Positions 50,851 to 60,779 of a stretch of DNA of 64,000 nucleotides are shown piece by piece. The position numbers and the translations under genes were made by a program. Under the pieces are notes generated by a model. That model did not search any database. It was not told the origin of the DNA and worked only from the letters and a program-made list of their open reading frames with translations. The DNA is from Ostreococcus lucimarinus (taxonomy: Eukaryota): the NCBI GenBank assembly GCA_000092065.1, contig CP000596.1; one strand, 5' to 3'. How positions within the stretch are numbered: the stretch's first letter is position 1; every line of letters begins with the position of its first letter.

Positions 50851-52485
50851 ATGGGAGATTCGCGCGACGTGGCGAATCGGCGGCTGGGACAAATCAACGA
50901 TCACGTCCGCGGCGACGCGAAACGCGCGAACGGAGGCGCGAGAGCGGGCGGTGGCGATGGGTCGGACGCGCGAGCGACGCCGTCGGGGGGCGCGGGGGCG
51001 CTGCACGTGCGAGACTCGCGGACGGGGAAGGAGTATGAAATCGCGGTGTCGAGCGACGGCGCGGTGGACGCGTCGGCGTTTAAACAAATCACCGCGGGCG
51101 GCGATGGACGAGGTTTGGTGATGTACGATCCCGGATACATGAATACGGCGCCGTGTAAGTCGAAGATATCGTACATCGACGGCGAACGGGGGATTTTGAG
51201 GTATCGCGGGTACGCCATCGAGAGCTTGGCGAAATCGTCGACGTATCTGGAGACGGCGTTCGCGTTGGTGTACGGAGATATGCCGAATGCGAGTCAGTTG
51301 ATGGAGTGGGAACGGACGATTGCGAGGCATAGTGCGTTGCCGGTGCAGGTGGTGCACGCGATCGAGGCGTTGCCGCACGACGCGCATCCGATGGCGGTGA
51401 TGCTCGCGGGGTTGAACTCGTTGAGCGCGATGCACCCGGAGCAGAATCCAGCCATCGCGGGTGGGGCGATTTACAACTCTCACACCGTGCAGGATAAACA
51501 AATCGTGCGCATCATCGGCAAAATGACCACGCTCGCCGCGCACGCATATCATCGAAACACCGGGCGCTCGCCGGCGGCGCCGAATACGCGCATGTCGTAC
51601 GCGGAGAATTTCTTGTACATGCTCGACGCCGGTTTGGACGCGCGGCATCGACCGCATCCGAAGCTCGCGAAGGCGCTGGACGTGATGTTTTTACTACACG
51701 CGGAGCACGAGATGAACTGTAGCACGGCGGCGTGCAGACACTTGGCATCGAGCGGGGTGGACGTGTTTTGCGCCGTGGCGGGCGCGGTGGGCGCGCTTTA
51801 CGGGCCTCTGCACGGCGGCGCCAACGAAGCAGTGCTCAAGATGCTCGAACGGATCGGAAGCGTCGATAACATCCCGAGCTTTTTGGCCGGGGTGAAGGAA
51901 AAGCGATACGTGATGTTTGGTTTCGGACACCGCGTTTACAAGAACTTTGATCCTCGCGCGAAGATTATTCGCGACATCGCGAACGACGTCTTCGAGCTCG
52001 TCGGACGCGACCCGTTGATCGACATCGCCATCGAGCTCGAGAAGGCGGCGCGGGCGGACGAATACTTCGTCAAGCGTAAGCTTTACCCGAATGTAGACTT
52101 CTACAGCGGGCTGGTGTATCGCGCCATGGGGTTTCCCCCCGAATTTTTCACCGTGCTCTTCGCCATCCCGCGCGCGACGGGTTATCTTGCGCACTGGCGC
52201 GAGAGCTTAACGGACGCCGACAAGAAAATCATGCGCCCGCAGCAAATTTACCAAGGCGAATGGTTGCGAGATTACGAACCGATCGCCGCGCGCTCGCGCT
52301 CGCTCACCGACGCCATGGAGGATATTCAACCATCCAACGCGGCGCGGCGCCGCATGGCTGGAGACCCGCCATCCGGCACGGCGTGGGTCGGGAAAGGCGT
52401 GGAAATGTCCACGCCGGCGTGGCAGTCGGGCGCGTCAGTCGGCGACGCGACGAGCGGCGTGGAGAACTATCTCGGACGAAAATGA
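50851..52485 (+). CDS. citrate synthase, peroxisomal/glyoxysomal type (PTS2-like N-terminus)
   Basis: [27 protein letters not shown] and other citrate-synthase signatures. The N-terminal [19 protein letters not shown] resembles a PTS2 nonapeptide (R-L-x5-H-V/L). Confidence 0.85.
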   Translation: MGDSRDVANRRLGQINDHVRGDAKRANGGARAGGGDGSDARATPSGGAGALHVRDSRTGKEYEIAVSSDGAVDASAFKQITAGGDGRGLVMYDPGYMNTAPCKSKISYIDGERGILRYRGYAIESLAKSSTYLETAFALVYGDMPNASQLMEWERTIARHSALPVQVVHAIEALPHDAHPMAVMLAGLNSLSAMHPEQNPAIAGGAIYNSHTVQDKQIVRIIGKMTTLAAHAYHRNTGRSPAAPNTRMSYAENFLYMLDAGLDARHRPHPKLAKALDVMFLLHAEHEMNCSTAACRHLASSGVDVFCAVAGAVGALYGPLHGGANEAVLKMLERIGSVDNIPSFLAGVKEKRYVMFGFGHRVYKNFDPRAKIIRDIANDVFELVGRDPLIDIAIELEKAARADEYFVKRKLYPNVDFYSGLVYRAMGFPPEFFTVLFAIPRATGYLAHWRESLTDADKKIMRPQQIYQGEWLRDYEPIAARSRSLTDAMEDIQPSNAARRRMAGDPPSGTAWVGKGVEMSTPAWQSGASVGDATSGVENYLGRK

Positions 52486-52533
52486 ATTTACTGTAAATAC
52501 TACACACACACATTTCTCGCTTAAAAGTATCCG

Positions 52534-53508
52534 TCAACGGTGACCCCTATCGATGCACTCTCGAGTGCCGAAGATGTTCGTCCGCCACCTCAAGCACGGC
52601 GCCGTTCCTCCGTTGATGGCGACCGTCCTCGACAGATACATTCGCTCGCGCGCCCGGCGCGGATCGCACAAACCGCTTTGCAGTTCGAACTCAGTGCAAA
52701 ACTGATAGACTTCCTCGAGATCAGGCTGACAGTACGGCCAAGACAGCGGCGCGTTCATTCTCGAAATTCTTTCGCGGTACCACGAACCTCGATTTTCGTA
52801 AGTGCATCGTCGGAGCACCTCCTCGACCGAACACGGTCTCACGAGCGTCGCGCACCGCATGTAATCGTCCAGAGCGGTCGGATTCCCTGGAAAGATTGTG
52901 GAGAACCACGTGAGCTGCTGCATCAACCTACCAATCTCTCCTTGCGGCTCGAACATCACGCGCGAACCGTCCGCGTCGTACACGACGTACGCCTCGTTCG
53001 TAAACGCGACGAAATCAACCGGCGGGTACGCCGCGTCACCGACCCACGTCATCTCCAGCGCTCGCGCGTTCGCGATCCTCTCGAGATCGCTCTGAATGTC
53101 GTACGCGATCTCATCGAGCGTCTCGCGCATCGCGCCCGCGTCGGACGCGCTCGCCGACTCGATCAGGCTCAGCTCGAGCTTCGCCACCTCGCGTTCGACG
53201 TACTCGTCGTAGGACATCGTTCGCGCGCCCGAGTCGACGCCATCGCTCGCGCGCGCGAACTCGTCGTACCATCCCTCTCGCGCGTACCGCGCCTCGCCGT
53301 CGCCGTCGCCGTCGCTGTCGTAGCCGTAATCGTAATCGTAATCGTCGTCGCCCTCGTTTTTGCGAACCGTCGGCGTCGTCGCCTCGGGCGGTTGTTCGAA
53401 CACGCGCACCGTTCGCGACCGCGCGGCGACGGAATCGAGCGCGGACGCCTCCGCGAGCTCGCGCCCCAGCTCGGCCGCGATCGCGAGCGCCGCGAGCGCG
53501 CGTCGCAT
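52534..53508 (-). CDS. hypothetical protein with a signal-peptide-like N-terminus and an acidic Tyr-rich stretch
   Basis: ATG at 53508 (MRRALAALAIAAELG..). Contains GDDDYDYDYGYDSDGDGDGE and a Cys-containing C-terminal half. No family recognised. Confidence 0.4.
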   Translation of the reverse strand: MRRALAALAIAAELGRELAEASALDSVAARSRTVRVFEQPPEATTPTVRKNEGDDDYDYDYGYDSDGDGDGEARYAREGWYDEFARASDGVDSGARTMSYDEYVEREVAKLELSLIESASASDAGAMRETLDEIAYDIQSDLERIANARALEMTWVGDAAYPPVDFVAFTNEAYVVYDADGSRVMFEPQGEIGRLMQQLTWFSTIFPGNPTALDDYMRCATLVRPCSVEEVLRRCTYENRGSWYRERISRMNAPLSWPYCQPDLEEVYQFCTEFELQSGLCDPRRARERMYLSRTVAINGGTAPCLRWRTNIFGTRECIDRGHR

Positions 53509-53791
53509 CGGCGCGACGCCGAGTGCGGCGGAGGCGAAGCGGCGTTTCGCCTCGCCTCGCGTCGACGAACACACCAACAGACGAATCATCCCTCTTCACT
53601 GTATGCACACACCCGCATGTCCGACCAAAAGCAACATTTCGACGCACGCCTCTATTTCATATACCGCAAAATCGCGCTCGAATGCGATACACGCGCGCGA
53701 TAAACCCGCGCCGCGCGGATAACGCGACGCCGCCGACCGGCGCCGACGGCGCGCACAACGCCGCGCCTCGGATACCGCCGCGCCCGCGACG

Positions 53792-54439
53792 ATGACGACG
53801 ACGATGCGCGCGCCCGCTCGACCGCGCGCCGCGCCGACGCCGCGTCGCGACGCCGCGCGCGCGCCGCGCCGCGCGTCGCGCGCGCGCGCGGGCGACGTGA
53901 ACAAGCGCCAGGAAGACCTCGGCGGACTCGGCGGCGACATCGGCGCCCGCGATCCCACCGCGGGCGAGCTCGAGAGCAATTTCGGGACGTCCACGCTCGG
54001 ACACGCGGACACCGATCACATCCTGCAGGTGCCGACGGCGATGGCGGAGATGATCATGCTGAAGAATAAAAAGTGCGCGCCGGGGGCGCAGGCGGAAAAG
54101 TTGGACTTTCAGGGGCAGGAGGTGCTGCGGAAGCAGGTGTGGGACTGGAAGATTCGCCCGGGACGAGGGAACTTCGAGTGCCTGCGTCGGGAGTTTCCGA
54201 CGGCGGAGGGCGAGGCGGGGAGGCTGTGCGAATTGATCGCGGGGACGGCGACGGCGGAGGGATGGGCGCCGGCGACGTGCGAGGCGACGAGCGGGAGCAA
54301 GGTGCTCGTGGAACTCGGGAGCGATGCGCTCAAGGGCGTGTGCACGAATGATTTCATTCTCGCGGCGAAGATCGATGCGAACGAGGAGGCGATGGGGATG
54401 TTGGTGAAGGAGGCACCCAAGGCGCGCAACTGGTTTTGA
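53792..54439 (+). CDS. hypothetical protein with a transit-peptide-like N-terminus
   Basis: MTTTMRAPARPRAAPTPRRDAARAPRR.., then a conserved-looking globular part (GTSTLGHADTDHILQVPTAMAEMIMLKNKKCAPG..). Four Cys. No family recognised. Confidence 0.35.
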   Translation: MTTTMRAPARPRAAPTPRRDAARAPRRASRARAGDVNKRQEDLGGLGGDIGARDPTAGELESNFGTSTLGHADTDHILQVPTAMAEMIMLKNKKCAPGAQAEKLDFQGQEVLRKQVWDWKIRPGRGNFECLRREFPTAEGEAGRLCELIAGTATAEGWAPATCEATSGSKVLVELGSDALKGVCTNDFILAAKIDANEEAMGMLVKEAPKARNWF

Positions 54440-54651
54440 GAACCCCTCGGCGAGGGGGGCGTTTTTTCGTAGCGCGCGTCGTAGCCTGCGTCGTCTCGCG
54501 TAGCGCGCGCGCGCGCGTTCGCGCGTTCGCGCGATCCATCAATCAATCTAGCGTTACGAATCGTCTTCTAACACTCAGATTAATTACACTAATTACTACA
54601 CAACTCGTACCACACGCGCATTCACGGCGACGCGCAACGCGGTTTCAAAAA

Positions 54652-56997
54652 TTACTCGTCGTCGTCGCCGTCGATTTGTGCCTCGCGAGCGATTTCGTCG
54701 TCCGATTCGAACAACGAACGGACCGCGGGAAGGAGTTTGGGGAGCGACGATAATCCGGCAAAATCGACGCTCATCAAATCGAACGCCACGGCCGTGCGCT
54801 CGGTGTAAGTCCCGTCAAAGATTGGGATTTTAGGGTATCGCTGCGAAAAATGCGTGAGAATGGTGCGATAGGCGCCGGCGTCGATGCCGGTTTGCACAGC
54901 CTCCTTGGTCGTCGAATGCCGCTTCTTCACGGCTTCTTCCTCCATACCGTTCTCGAACGTCGCTTCGTGGACGAGGAGCGTGGCGTCGCGCGCGGCCGCG
55001 ACGAGACTCGGACACGGGCGAGTGTCACCAGAATACACCATCGTCCATCCTCGCTTGCCGACGAGCTTGGCGCCGTACGCGTGCGCGCAGTGATGCACGG
55101 GTACGGCGACAATTTCGTCCAAATCTGATCCCATGAGCGCGGTGCGCAGTCGCGCCACCTGTGGGCTCATCGTCTCGCTCGACCATTTATCCTGCGTCGT
55201 CTCGCTCAAGTCGATGAAATCACAGTGTAAGCGTTCGAGATCCTCGTAGTAGTCCAAGAAGCGGCGCAGCGCGCGAGGACCGACGACGGGAATGATTGGC
55301 GGCTCCACGCCGTCTCGACGAAAGATCTCGGCGCGAGCGGTGAGAATGCGCGGTAAACCGACGTGATGGTCGGCGTGAATGTGCGAGATCCACACCATTC
55401 TCATCTCTCGCAACTTTTCATCCACCGCGCTCGCGCCGAAGCGACGAATCATTTGCGCCAGCGATCCTTCGCCGGTGTCGAGCATGATGTTCCCTCGGTA
55501 CCCTTCGCCGCCGAACTGCATGGAAAATCCCGAGACGTTGCGATACTTTGCCGGCACCGCAGATCCAGTGCCTAAGAATACGAGCTCGACGTCACCAGGT
55601 TTGAGCTTTCGCAAATATTCAGGCTCTGGAAGTTCCGCGCCCGGACGCGCCTCGGCGGACGGCGACGGCGGCGGGGTCGGTTTCATCGCCTCGTTCGCCA
55701 AGTCTATCGTCCTTTGCTCGATATCTCTACGATGTACGAAGCCAGGCACGTATCTGGGCACCGCGCTCATGTCCGCTCCGGCGTTCTTCGTCGGAATCAG
55801 CGTAAACTTGAACATATTTTTCCCCGCCAAAGCGTTCGGGACGTCTGCGGGCACCCCGTCGCGCCGCTTGTCATCTTTTGAAGGCGACGGCGGGGGCGAT
55901 CTCGGCACATTATTCTCTGGAAACACGGTCGCACTGACTGCGTGCAGCCTGGCTTGAATTCTCGCCGACGACGCGAACACGGGAACGTCGTCCATGGCGT
56001 CGGAGTTGGCGAAGACGTGCGCCGCGTCTTTCGGCGCGCCGCCGAAGACGGATTTCACGAGCGCGGCGTACTCCTTCGTGGACACAATCGCCGCGCTGGC
56101 CAAGTGCACGACGACGCTCAAGTCTGATAGTTCGCCGAAGAGCTCGCCGCCGCGAGTCGTCGCCTCGCGCACGTGCGCCGTCGTGGGCGCGTCGAACACG
56201 ACGACGCGCGGTCCCGGTTGCTCCGGTCCGACGCACATCTCCGGCGACACCACCGAACCGTCGTCCAGCGTGATCGACTCCCCCCGCACCAACCGCCCGC
56301 GCTGCGGCCCGTTCGGCACGCCTAATTCCACCGCCGCCCGCATGTCAAATTTTCCCGGTATCGCCGCCAACTTGACGTCGTAACTCGCCACCTCATCGCT
56401 CGCGTCCTCGTCCGCTCTCGCGCGCTTCGCCGCGCGTCCCACCGCCGAATCCGTCCCGTCGTCCCTCGTCTCCCCCCCGAGCACGACGGCCGATATCGCC
56501 ACCTTGCCGTCGTCCGCGACGACGCTCCGCGCGCGCCTCGCCGCGCCTCGCGTCGTCAGTTCCACCGCGCGTCCGCTCCCGAACAGCGTCCGCACCGCCC
56601 GCGTCAGCGCGCGCAACCGCCCGTCCGGTCCGCACACCTCGACGCGCCTTCGCTCGACGCCCGCGTCGAGCCCCCGCCGCGTCTCCGCCTCGTCGCTCAT
56701 CGTGAGCAGCGTCCCGACCAACCCGCCCGCCGCGCGCGAGTCCGCGCGCGTCAGCAGCACCCGCTCGCATCGTTTCAGCGCCTTGACGCGTCGCTCGACG
56801 CACAATCGCTGAAATCCCTCGCCGACGTTGAAGACGACGCGCGCGTCATCCGTGCACAGCAGCACCGACGCGCACGTCGCGTCGCGCGCGTCCGCGCCGG
56901 GGTGCAGCACCTGGACGTACGCGCCGCCGACGCGTCGCGCGCGCGACGGACCCGACATGCGCCGCGCGAGCGTCTCGACGACGCGCCGCGTCGACAT
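54652..56997 (-). CDS. ELAC2: tRNase Z long form (ELAC2-like)
   Basis: The N-terminal half AYVQVLHPGADARDATCASVLLCTDDARVVFNVGEGFQRL matches the ELAC2 pseudo-beta-lactamase repeat. The C-terminal half has HIHADHHVGL and the HST/AxD motifs of the metallo-beta-lactamase RNase Z. Confidence 0.8.
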   Translation of the reverse strand: MSTRRVVETLARRMSGPSRARRVGGAYVQVLHPGADARDATCASVLLCTDDARVVFNVGEGFQRLCVERRVKALKRCERVLLTRADSRAAGGLVGTLLTMSDEAETRRGLDAGVERRRVEVCGPDGRLRALTRAVRTLFGSGRAVELTTRGAARRARSVVADDGKVAISAVVLGGETRDDGTDSAVGRAAKRARADEDASDEVASYDVKLAAIPGKFDMRAAVELGVPNGPQRGRLVRGESITLDDGSVVSPEMCVGPEQPGPRVVVFDAPTTAHVREATTRGGELFGELSDLSVVVHLASAAIVSTKEYAALVKSVFGGAPKDAAHVFANSDAMDDVPVFASSARIQARLHAVSATVFPENNVPRSPPPSPSKDDKRRDGVPADVPNALAGKNMFKFTLIPTKNAGADMSAVPRYVPGFVHRRDIEQRTIDLANEAMKPTPPPSPSAEARPGAELPEPEYLRKLKPGDVELVFLGTGSAVPAKYRNVSGFSMQFGGEGYRGNIMLDTGEGSLAQMIRRFGASAVDEKLREMRMVWISHIHADHHVGLPRILTARAEIFRRDGVEPPIIPVVGPRALRRFLDYYEDLERLHCDFIDLSETTQDKWSSETMSPQVARLRTALMGSDLDEIVAVPVHHCAHAYGAKLVGKRGWTMVYSGDTRPCPSLVAAARDATLLVHEATFENGMEEEAVKKRHSTTKEAVQTGIDAGAYRTILTHFSQRYPKIPIFDGTYTERTAVAFDLMSVDFAGLSSLPKLLPAVRSLFESDDEIAREAQIDGDDDE

Positions 56998-57039
56998 GTG
57001 ACGAAGACGCGCGCGTCGCGACGCATCGCGACGCGCGCG

Positions 57040-58044
57040 ATGCGGCGCGCGCTCAGCGCGCGACGCACGAAGGCGCGCGCGGTGACGCCGCGCTGCGACG
57101 CGTCGCGCGTCGCGCGACTCGCGACGGGACGCGTCGTGTCGCGCGTCGGATTCGGCACCGCGGCGTGGGGCGACGAGACGCGCGGGTTCGGGACGCGCTA
57201 CCGCGAGCGCGACCTCGCGGCGGCGCTATCGCGCGCGCTCGAGCGAGGCGTCACGTTCGTCGACACCGCGGAGACGTACGGGGCAAGCGCGCGGGCGTTC
57301 GAACAGGGCGCGGAGGAGATGGTGAGACGCGCGAGGACGACGGCGAGGCGAGACGACGCGCGAGACGACGCGTTCGTCGGAACGAAAGTGTTGACGGTGC
57401 CGTGGACGAACGTGAGCGCGGGAGGGGACGTGCGATCGACGACGAAGAGCTTGGTGGACGCGATCGAGGCGTCGGTGGGGAGGAACGGGGGGGAGGCGTA
57501 CGATTTGGTGTCGATTCATTTTCCGTTTCCGACGTGGACGCAGAGCGCGCTGTGCGACGCGCTCGCGGAGGCGACGGAGCGAGGGCTGTGTCGGGCGGTG
57601 GGGGTGAGTAATTACGACGTAAGGCAGATGACGGAGGCGCATGGGTTGTTGGCGAAGCGTGGGATCGCGTTGGCGACGAATCAGGTGAAATATTCCGTGC
57701 TCGATCGAGGCGCCGAAAAGAGCGGGGTGCTCGCCGCGGCGCGGGATTTAGACGTCGCCGTCGTGGCGTATTCGCCCTTGAGCGGTGGGGCGCTGCGGAC
57801 GAGCGCGGACCCGGAGATTCGCACGTTGGACAAGTTGCTCGAGTTCATCGGCGCCGTCAACGGTGGTTGGACGTCGGCGCAGGTGGCGTTGAACTATCTC
57901 GTCCGCAAGGGCGCGATTCCGATTCCGAGTTGTACGAGCGTCGCGCGCGCCGACGCCATCGCGGACGTCCTCGAATTCGAGCTCGGCGTCGAAGACATCG
58001 AGACTATCGATGAAAAAATGGATTACATCGAACGCAAGTCGTGA
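57040..58044 (+). CDS. aldo/keto reductase (AKR) with N-terminal presequence
   Basis: ATG at 57040 (MRRALSARRTKARAVTPRCDASRVARL..). The AKR core reads VGFGTAAWG..FVDTAETYG..SIHFPFP..VGVSNY..LAYSPL.. Confidence 0.7.
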   Translation: MRRALSARRTKARAVTPRCDASRVARLATGRVVSRVGFGTAAWGDETRGFGTRYRERDLAAALSRALERGVTFVDTAETYGASARAFEQGAEEMVRRARTTARRDDARDDAFVGTKVLTVPWTNVSAGGDVRSTTKSLVDAIEASVGRNGGEAYDLVSIHFPFPTWTQSALCDALAEATERGLCRAVGVSNYDVRQMTEAHGLLAKRGIALATNQVKYSVLDRGAEKSGVLAAARDLDVAVVAYSPLSGGALRTSADPEIRTLDKLLEFIGAVNGGWTSAQVALNYLVRKGAIPIPSCTSVARADAIADVLEFELGVEDIETIDEKMDYIERKS

Positions 58045-58143
58045 CGGTGAATATTTTGCGCTCGTTCGTTTTTTAGCTTTTTAAATCGCGTTGTTTTTGT
58101 ACATGAAATTTCGTCTCAATCGAATTCGTCGACGACGCCTTCG

Positions 58144-59544
58144 TCACGCGCAGTGCATTCGCGACACCGCGGCGGATAACCCCGTGCTCGATTTCTCTAG
58201 GTCGCCCAACGGACTGCGTCGCTCGATGAGTTCGTCGAAACTCATCTCCACGGTTTCGCCGTCGAACGCGCGCGGCGAATTTCCTTCCGAGCCTTGGAGG
58301 TAATCGAGCAGCTTTGCGCCGCCGGTTTGCGCGTGAATCGCTTCGCGGCCGCCTTCGTCGAGCGCGAGCACACTCAGCACACTGAGCGCGTCGTCGCGCG
58401 ACGTGGCGCACCCTTCGCGCGCGAGCGCCATCAGTCGCGCGGTGACTCGATTCGTCATGTGCTCGCGGTTGCTCGGTTGCCACGCGAGCGCCCACAGCGC
58501 GAGCGCCGCGTCCGCCGCGGCGGGCTCGAGACTGTGCCGAAGCTCCAGGAGCGAGCTCAAAAGATCAATCATATCGTGAAAAAAATTCAGCCCACCGAGC
58601 GAGGACGCGGTGCCGTTCGCGTTCGCGAGCTTTTCCGCCATCGTCAACTCTTCGCGATCGCGGCGCGCCGAGGCCGAGTCCGAGTCCGAGTACCACCCGT
58701 CGTTCTGCGTCGTTCCGTTCATCGCCGACGCGCCGGCGTCGACGCCCGCGACGCTTCGCAGCGCGGCGAGCGACGCGTTGCGCTGTCGCTCCCCGCCCAG
58801 CGCGGCGGTGACGAGCGGTAACACCGCGCCGCATCGCGCCACCGCCCTTCGGCCCGTCGCGCCCGAGCTCGCGATTCTTCCGAGCGCCGCGCTCGCCTCC
58901 CCGTGCGCCACCGTCGCCTCGCTCATCAGCACCTCCACCACGCTTCGCACCGCGGACTCCGTCGTCAAATCTAGCGCGCTCGGATCGCTCGAGATCGGAA
59001 ACAGCGCCCTCGAATCGTACGCATCGCTTCGTCCGCTCAACCGCCGCAGCGCGTCCGCCGCGAATCGCGCCGTCTCGCTCGCCTCTCCCGTCTCCTCGCT
59101 CGCCGCTCGCGCGCACGCCTCGCTCAAATTTCCCAACACTCCGGACCTTATCATCATCTGGCACACGTCCGACGAGCTCGCCATCGCGCCCAGCGCTCTC
59201 GCCGCGTCCGCGCTCGTCCGTCCCGCGCCGTCTTCGTCCCGCAGCCTTTGCGCCAGCGCCGGGACGGCGCCCGCGCGCGCCGCGCGCCGCAGCGCGTCGT
59301 CGTTCGCCTTCAGCAGCGACAGCGCTCGAAGCGCGCCGACCTTGTCTTGCAACCCGACGTTTCGGACGACGACGGAGATGAGCGCGACGAGCATGGCGCC
59401 GCGCGGCGTCTTCGTGAACGGCGCGGCGGGACCTTCGGCGTCGACGCACAGGTTTCGGAGTTGGCGCACGGCGTCGGCGCCGTCCGGCGTCGACGCGCGC
59501 GCGCGCTGGACGAGGGCGTCGAGCGCGCGCGCGTCGTCCGTCAT
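58144..59544 (-). CDS. armadillo/HEAT-repeat protein of unknown function
   Basis: ATG at 59544 (MTDDARALDALVQRARAS..). About 10 helical repeats (ALRALSLLKANDDALRRAARAGAVPALAQRL, ...). Confidence 0.45.
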   Translation of the reverse strand: MTDDARALDALVQRARASTPDGADAVRQLRNLCVDAEGPAAPFTKTPRGAMLVALISVVVRNVGLQDKVGALRALSLLKANDDALRRAARAGAVPALAQRLRDEDGAGRTSADAARALGAMASSSDVCQMMIRSGVLGNLSEACARAASEETGEASETARFAADALRRLSGRSDAYDSRALFPISSDPSALDLTTESAVRSVVEVLMSEATVAHGEASAALGRIASSGATGRRAVARCGAVLPLVTAALGGERQRNASLAALRSVAGVDAGASAMNGTTQNDGWYSDSDSASARRDREELTMAEKLANANGTASSLGGLNFFHDMIDLLSSLLELRHSLEPAAADAALALWALAWQPSNREHMTNRVTARLMALAREGCATSRDDALSVLSVLALDEGGREAIHAQTGGAKLLDYLQGSEGNSPRAFDGETVEMSFDELIERRSPLGDLEKSSTGLSAAVSRMHCA

Positions 59545-59737
59545 GTCGAGTCGACCCCGTCGACGCGCCGCGGTGACGTCGCGGGCGTCGAGGAGTGACG
59601 CGTCCACGCGAGTGGCGAGCAAGGGCGACTCGGCGACTCATATTTTACAAAAGAATTGCGCTACGCTCGCGACGAGCGATGCGGGCGTCGTCGCGGTGCG
59701 TCGTCCAGATCGACCGCGCGCGGTTGACCTTCGTTAT

Positions 59738-60710
59738 TTACGTCTCGTCCGCGGTCAAGTTGGCGTTCTTGTAGTTGACGGCGTATTCGCGAATGTTGCC
59801 GACGATGAAAAACGCGCCGCAGATGCGCACGGTGCGCGCGAAACCACCCTTGTATAACGCGCGAATACCGCCCGTTTTGTACGTTTCAGACAGAGCGTGC
59901 GTGGCGGAGGTGAATTTGGAGCCGCTCAAATCGCTCTGCATGAGCGTCTTCGACGTGTCGATCGGGTGCGTGAGGCCCGCGGCGAAGGTGCCCGCGAGCG
60001 ACGCGCCCAGGACGCTCGAGGCGAAATCGCCCAAATTCGGTTGCGCTTCCTTGATCTTGTTCGTCAGCACCGGTCCGAGACCGAGGTATCCCGCGGTGTA
60101 GATGCTCTCGCGCGCCGCGCACGACACCGTCCCTCGCCACATCTTCGCGAGACCTCCTTGTTTCACGACGGCGGCCACCGTCCCCCCCGGACCGAGGCCC
60201 ATCTTTTGCTGTTGAATCACCGTCAAATCCACCGGCGAGTACAGCGCGCTCGACACCGCCCCCGCCGCCATGGCGCATCCAATTTGCTCCGCGTCGCTCA
60301 TTCCTCGCTCACCGTTCGTGATGACGCGCTCGATCGCCCCATTCACCGCCACCTGCGCCGCGGTGATGGGCGCCAGCGACGCCGCGTTCGCGAAGACGCC
60401 GCGGTACCATCCCGCGATCGACCGCGGCAGCGCTCTCGAGTCCTGCACGCAGATCTTAAACGTGATCAGCGGCACTGCGCGCGATTCGATCGCGGTCCCG
60501 TCAGTCTCCGCGCCGTCGTCGTCATCCGTCACATCGCGCGACCGCCGTTATCCATTACATTAATCACATCGCGTCACTCGACCATCATCGCGCGTCTCGC
60601 GCCGTCGCCTCGCCTCGATCGTCGCACGCACTCTGCACGCACGTCTCCACGATCCCCCCGAACGCGCCCACGGCGAGATTCTCCGCGTCCGACAGCGGGA
60701 CGCGCGCCAT
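59738..60710 (-). CDS. mitochondrial carrier family-like protein (degenerate SLC25 signatures), join(complement(60632..60710),complement(59738..60474))
   Basis: Exon 1 MARVPLSDAENLAVGAFGGIVETCVQ plus A (phase 1) at donor GTGCGTGCGAC. Exon 2 starts TG, giving M then PLITFKICVQD..YSPVDLTVIQQQ..THPIDTSKTLMQ (three carrier-like repeats). Read directly, the 5' end of the listed ORF would translate the intron (MTDDDDGAETDGTAIESRA). Confidence 0.55.
60475..60631 (-). other. spliceosomal intron, introner-like (157 nt)
   Basis: Minus strand: GTGCGTGCGACGATCGAGG...GGAGACTGACGGGACCGCGATCGAATCGCGCGCAG. Only the second of two adjacent GTGCGTG donors is phase-compatible. Confidence 0.55.
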
Positions 60711-60779
60711 GACGACCGCGCGACGCGTTTTCGCGCGTCTCCCCGTCGCGCGCAAGGCCCCTTGCCGCGACGCGATGGT

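Noticed and set aside
60618-60631. The first of two adjacent GTGCGTG donors (GAGAC|GTGCGTGCAGAGTGCGTGCGAC) as the carrier-gene exon-1 boundary.
   Set aside because: It leaves exon 1 in phase 2, which gives an immediate stop when joined to the only acceptor (cgcgcag|TGCCG). The second donor (CAGA|GTGCGTGCGAC) gives phase 1 and an uninterrupted carrier-family frame.
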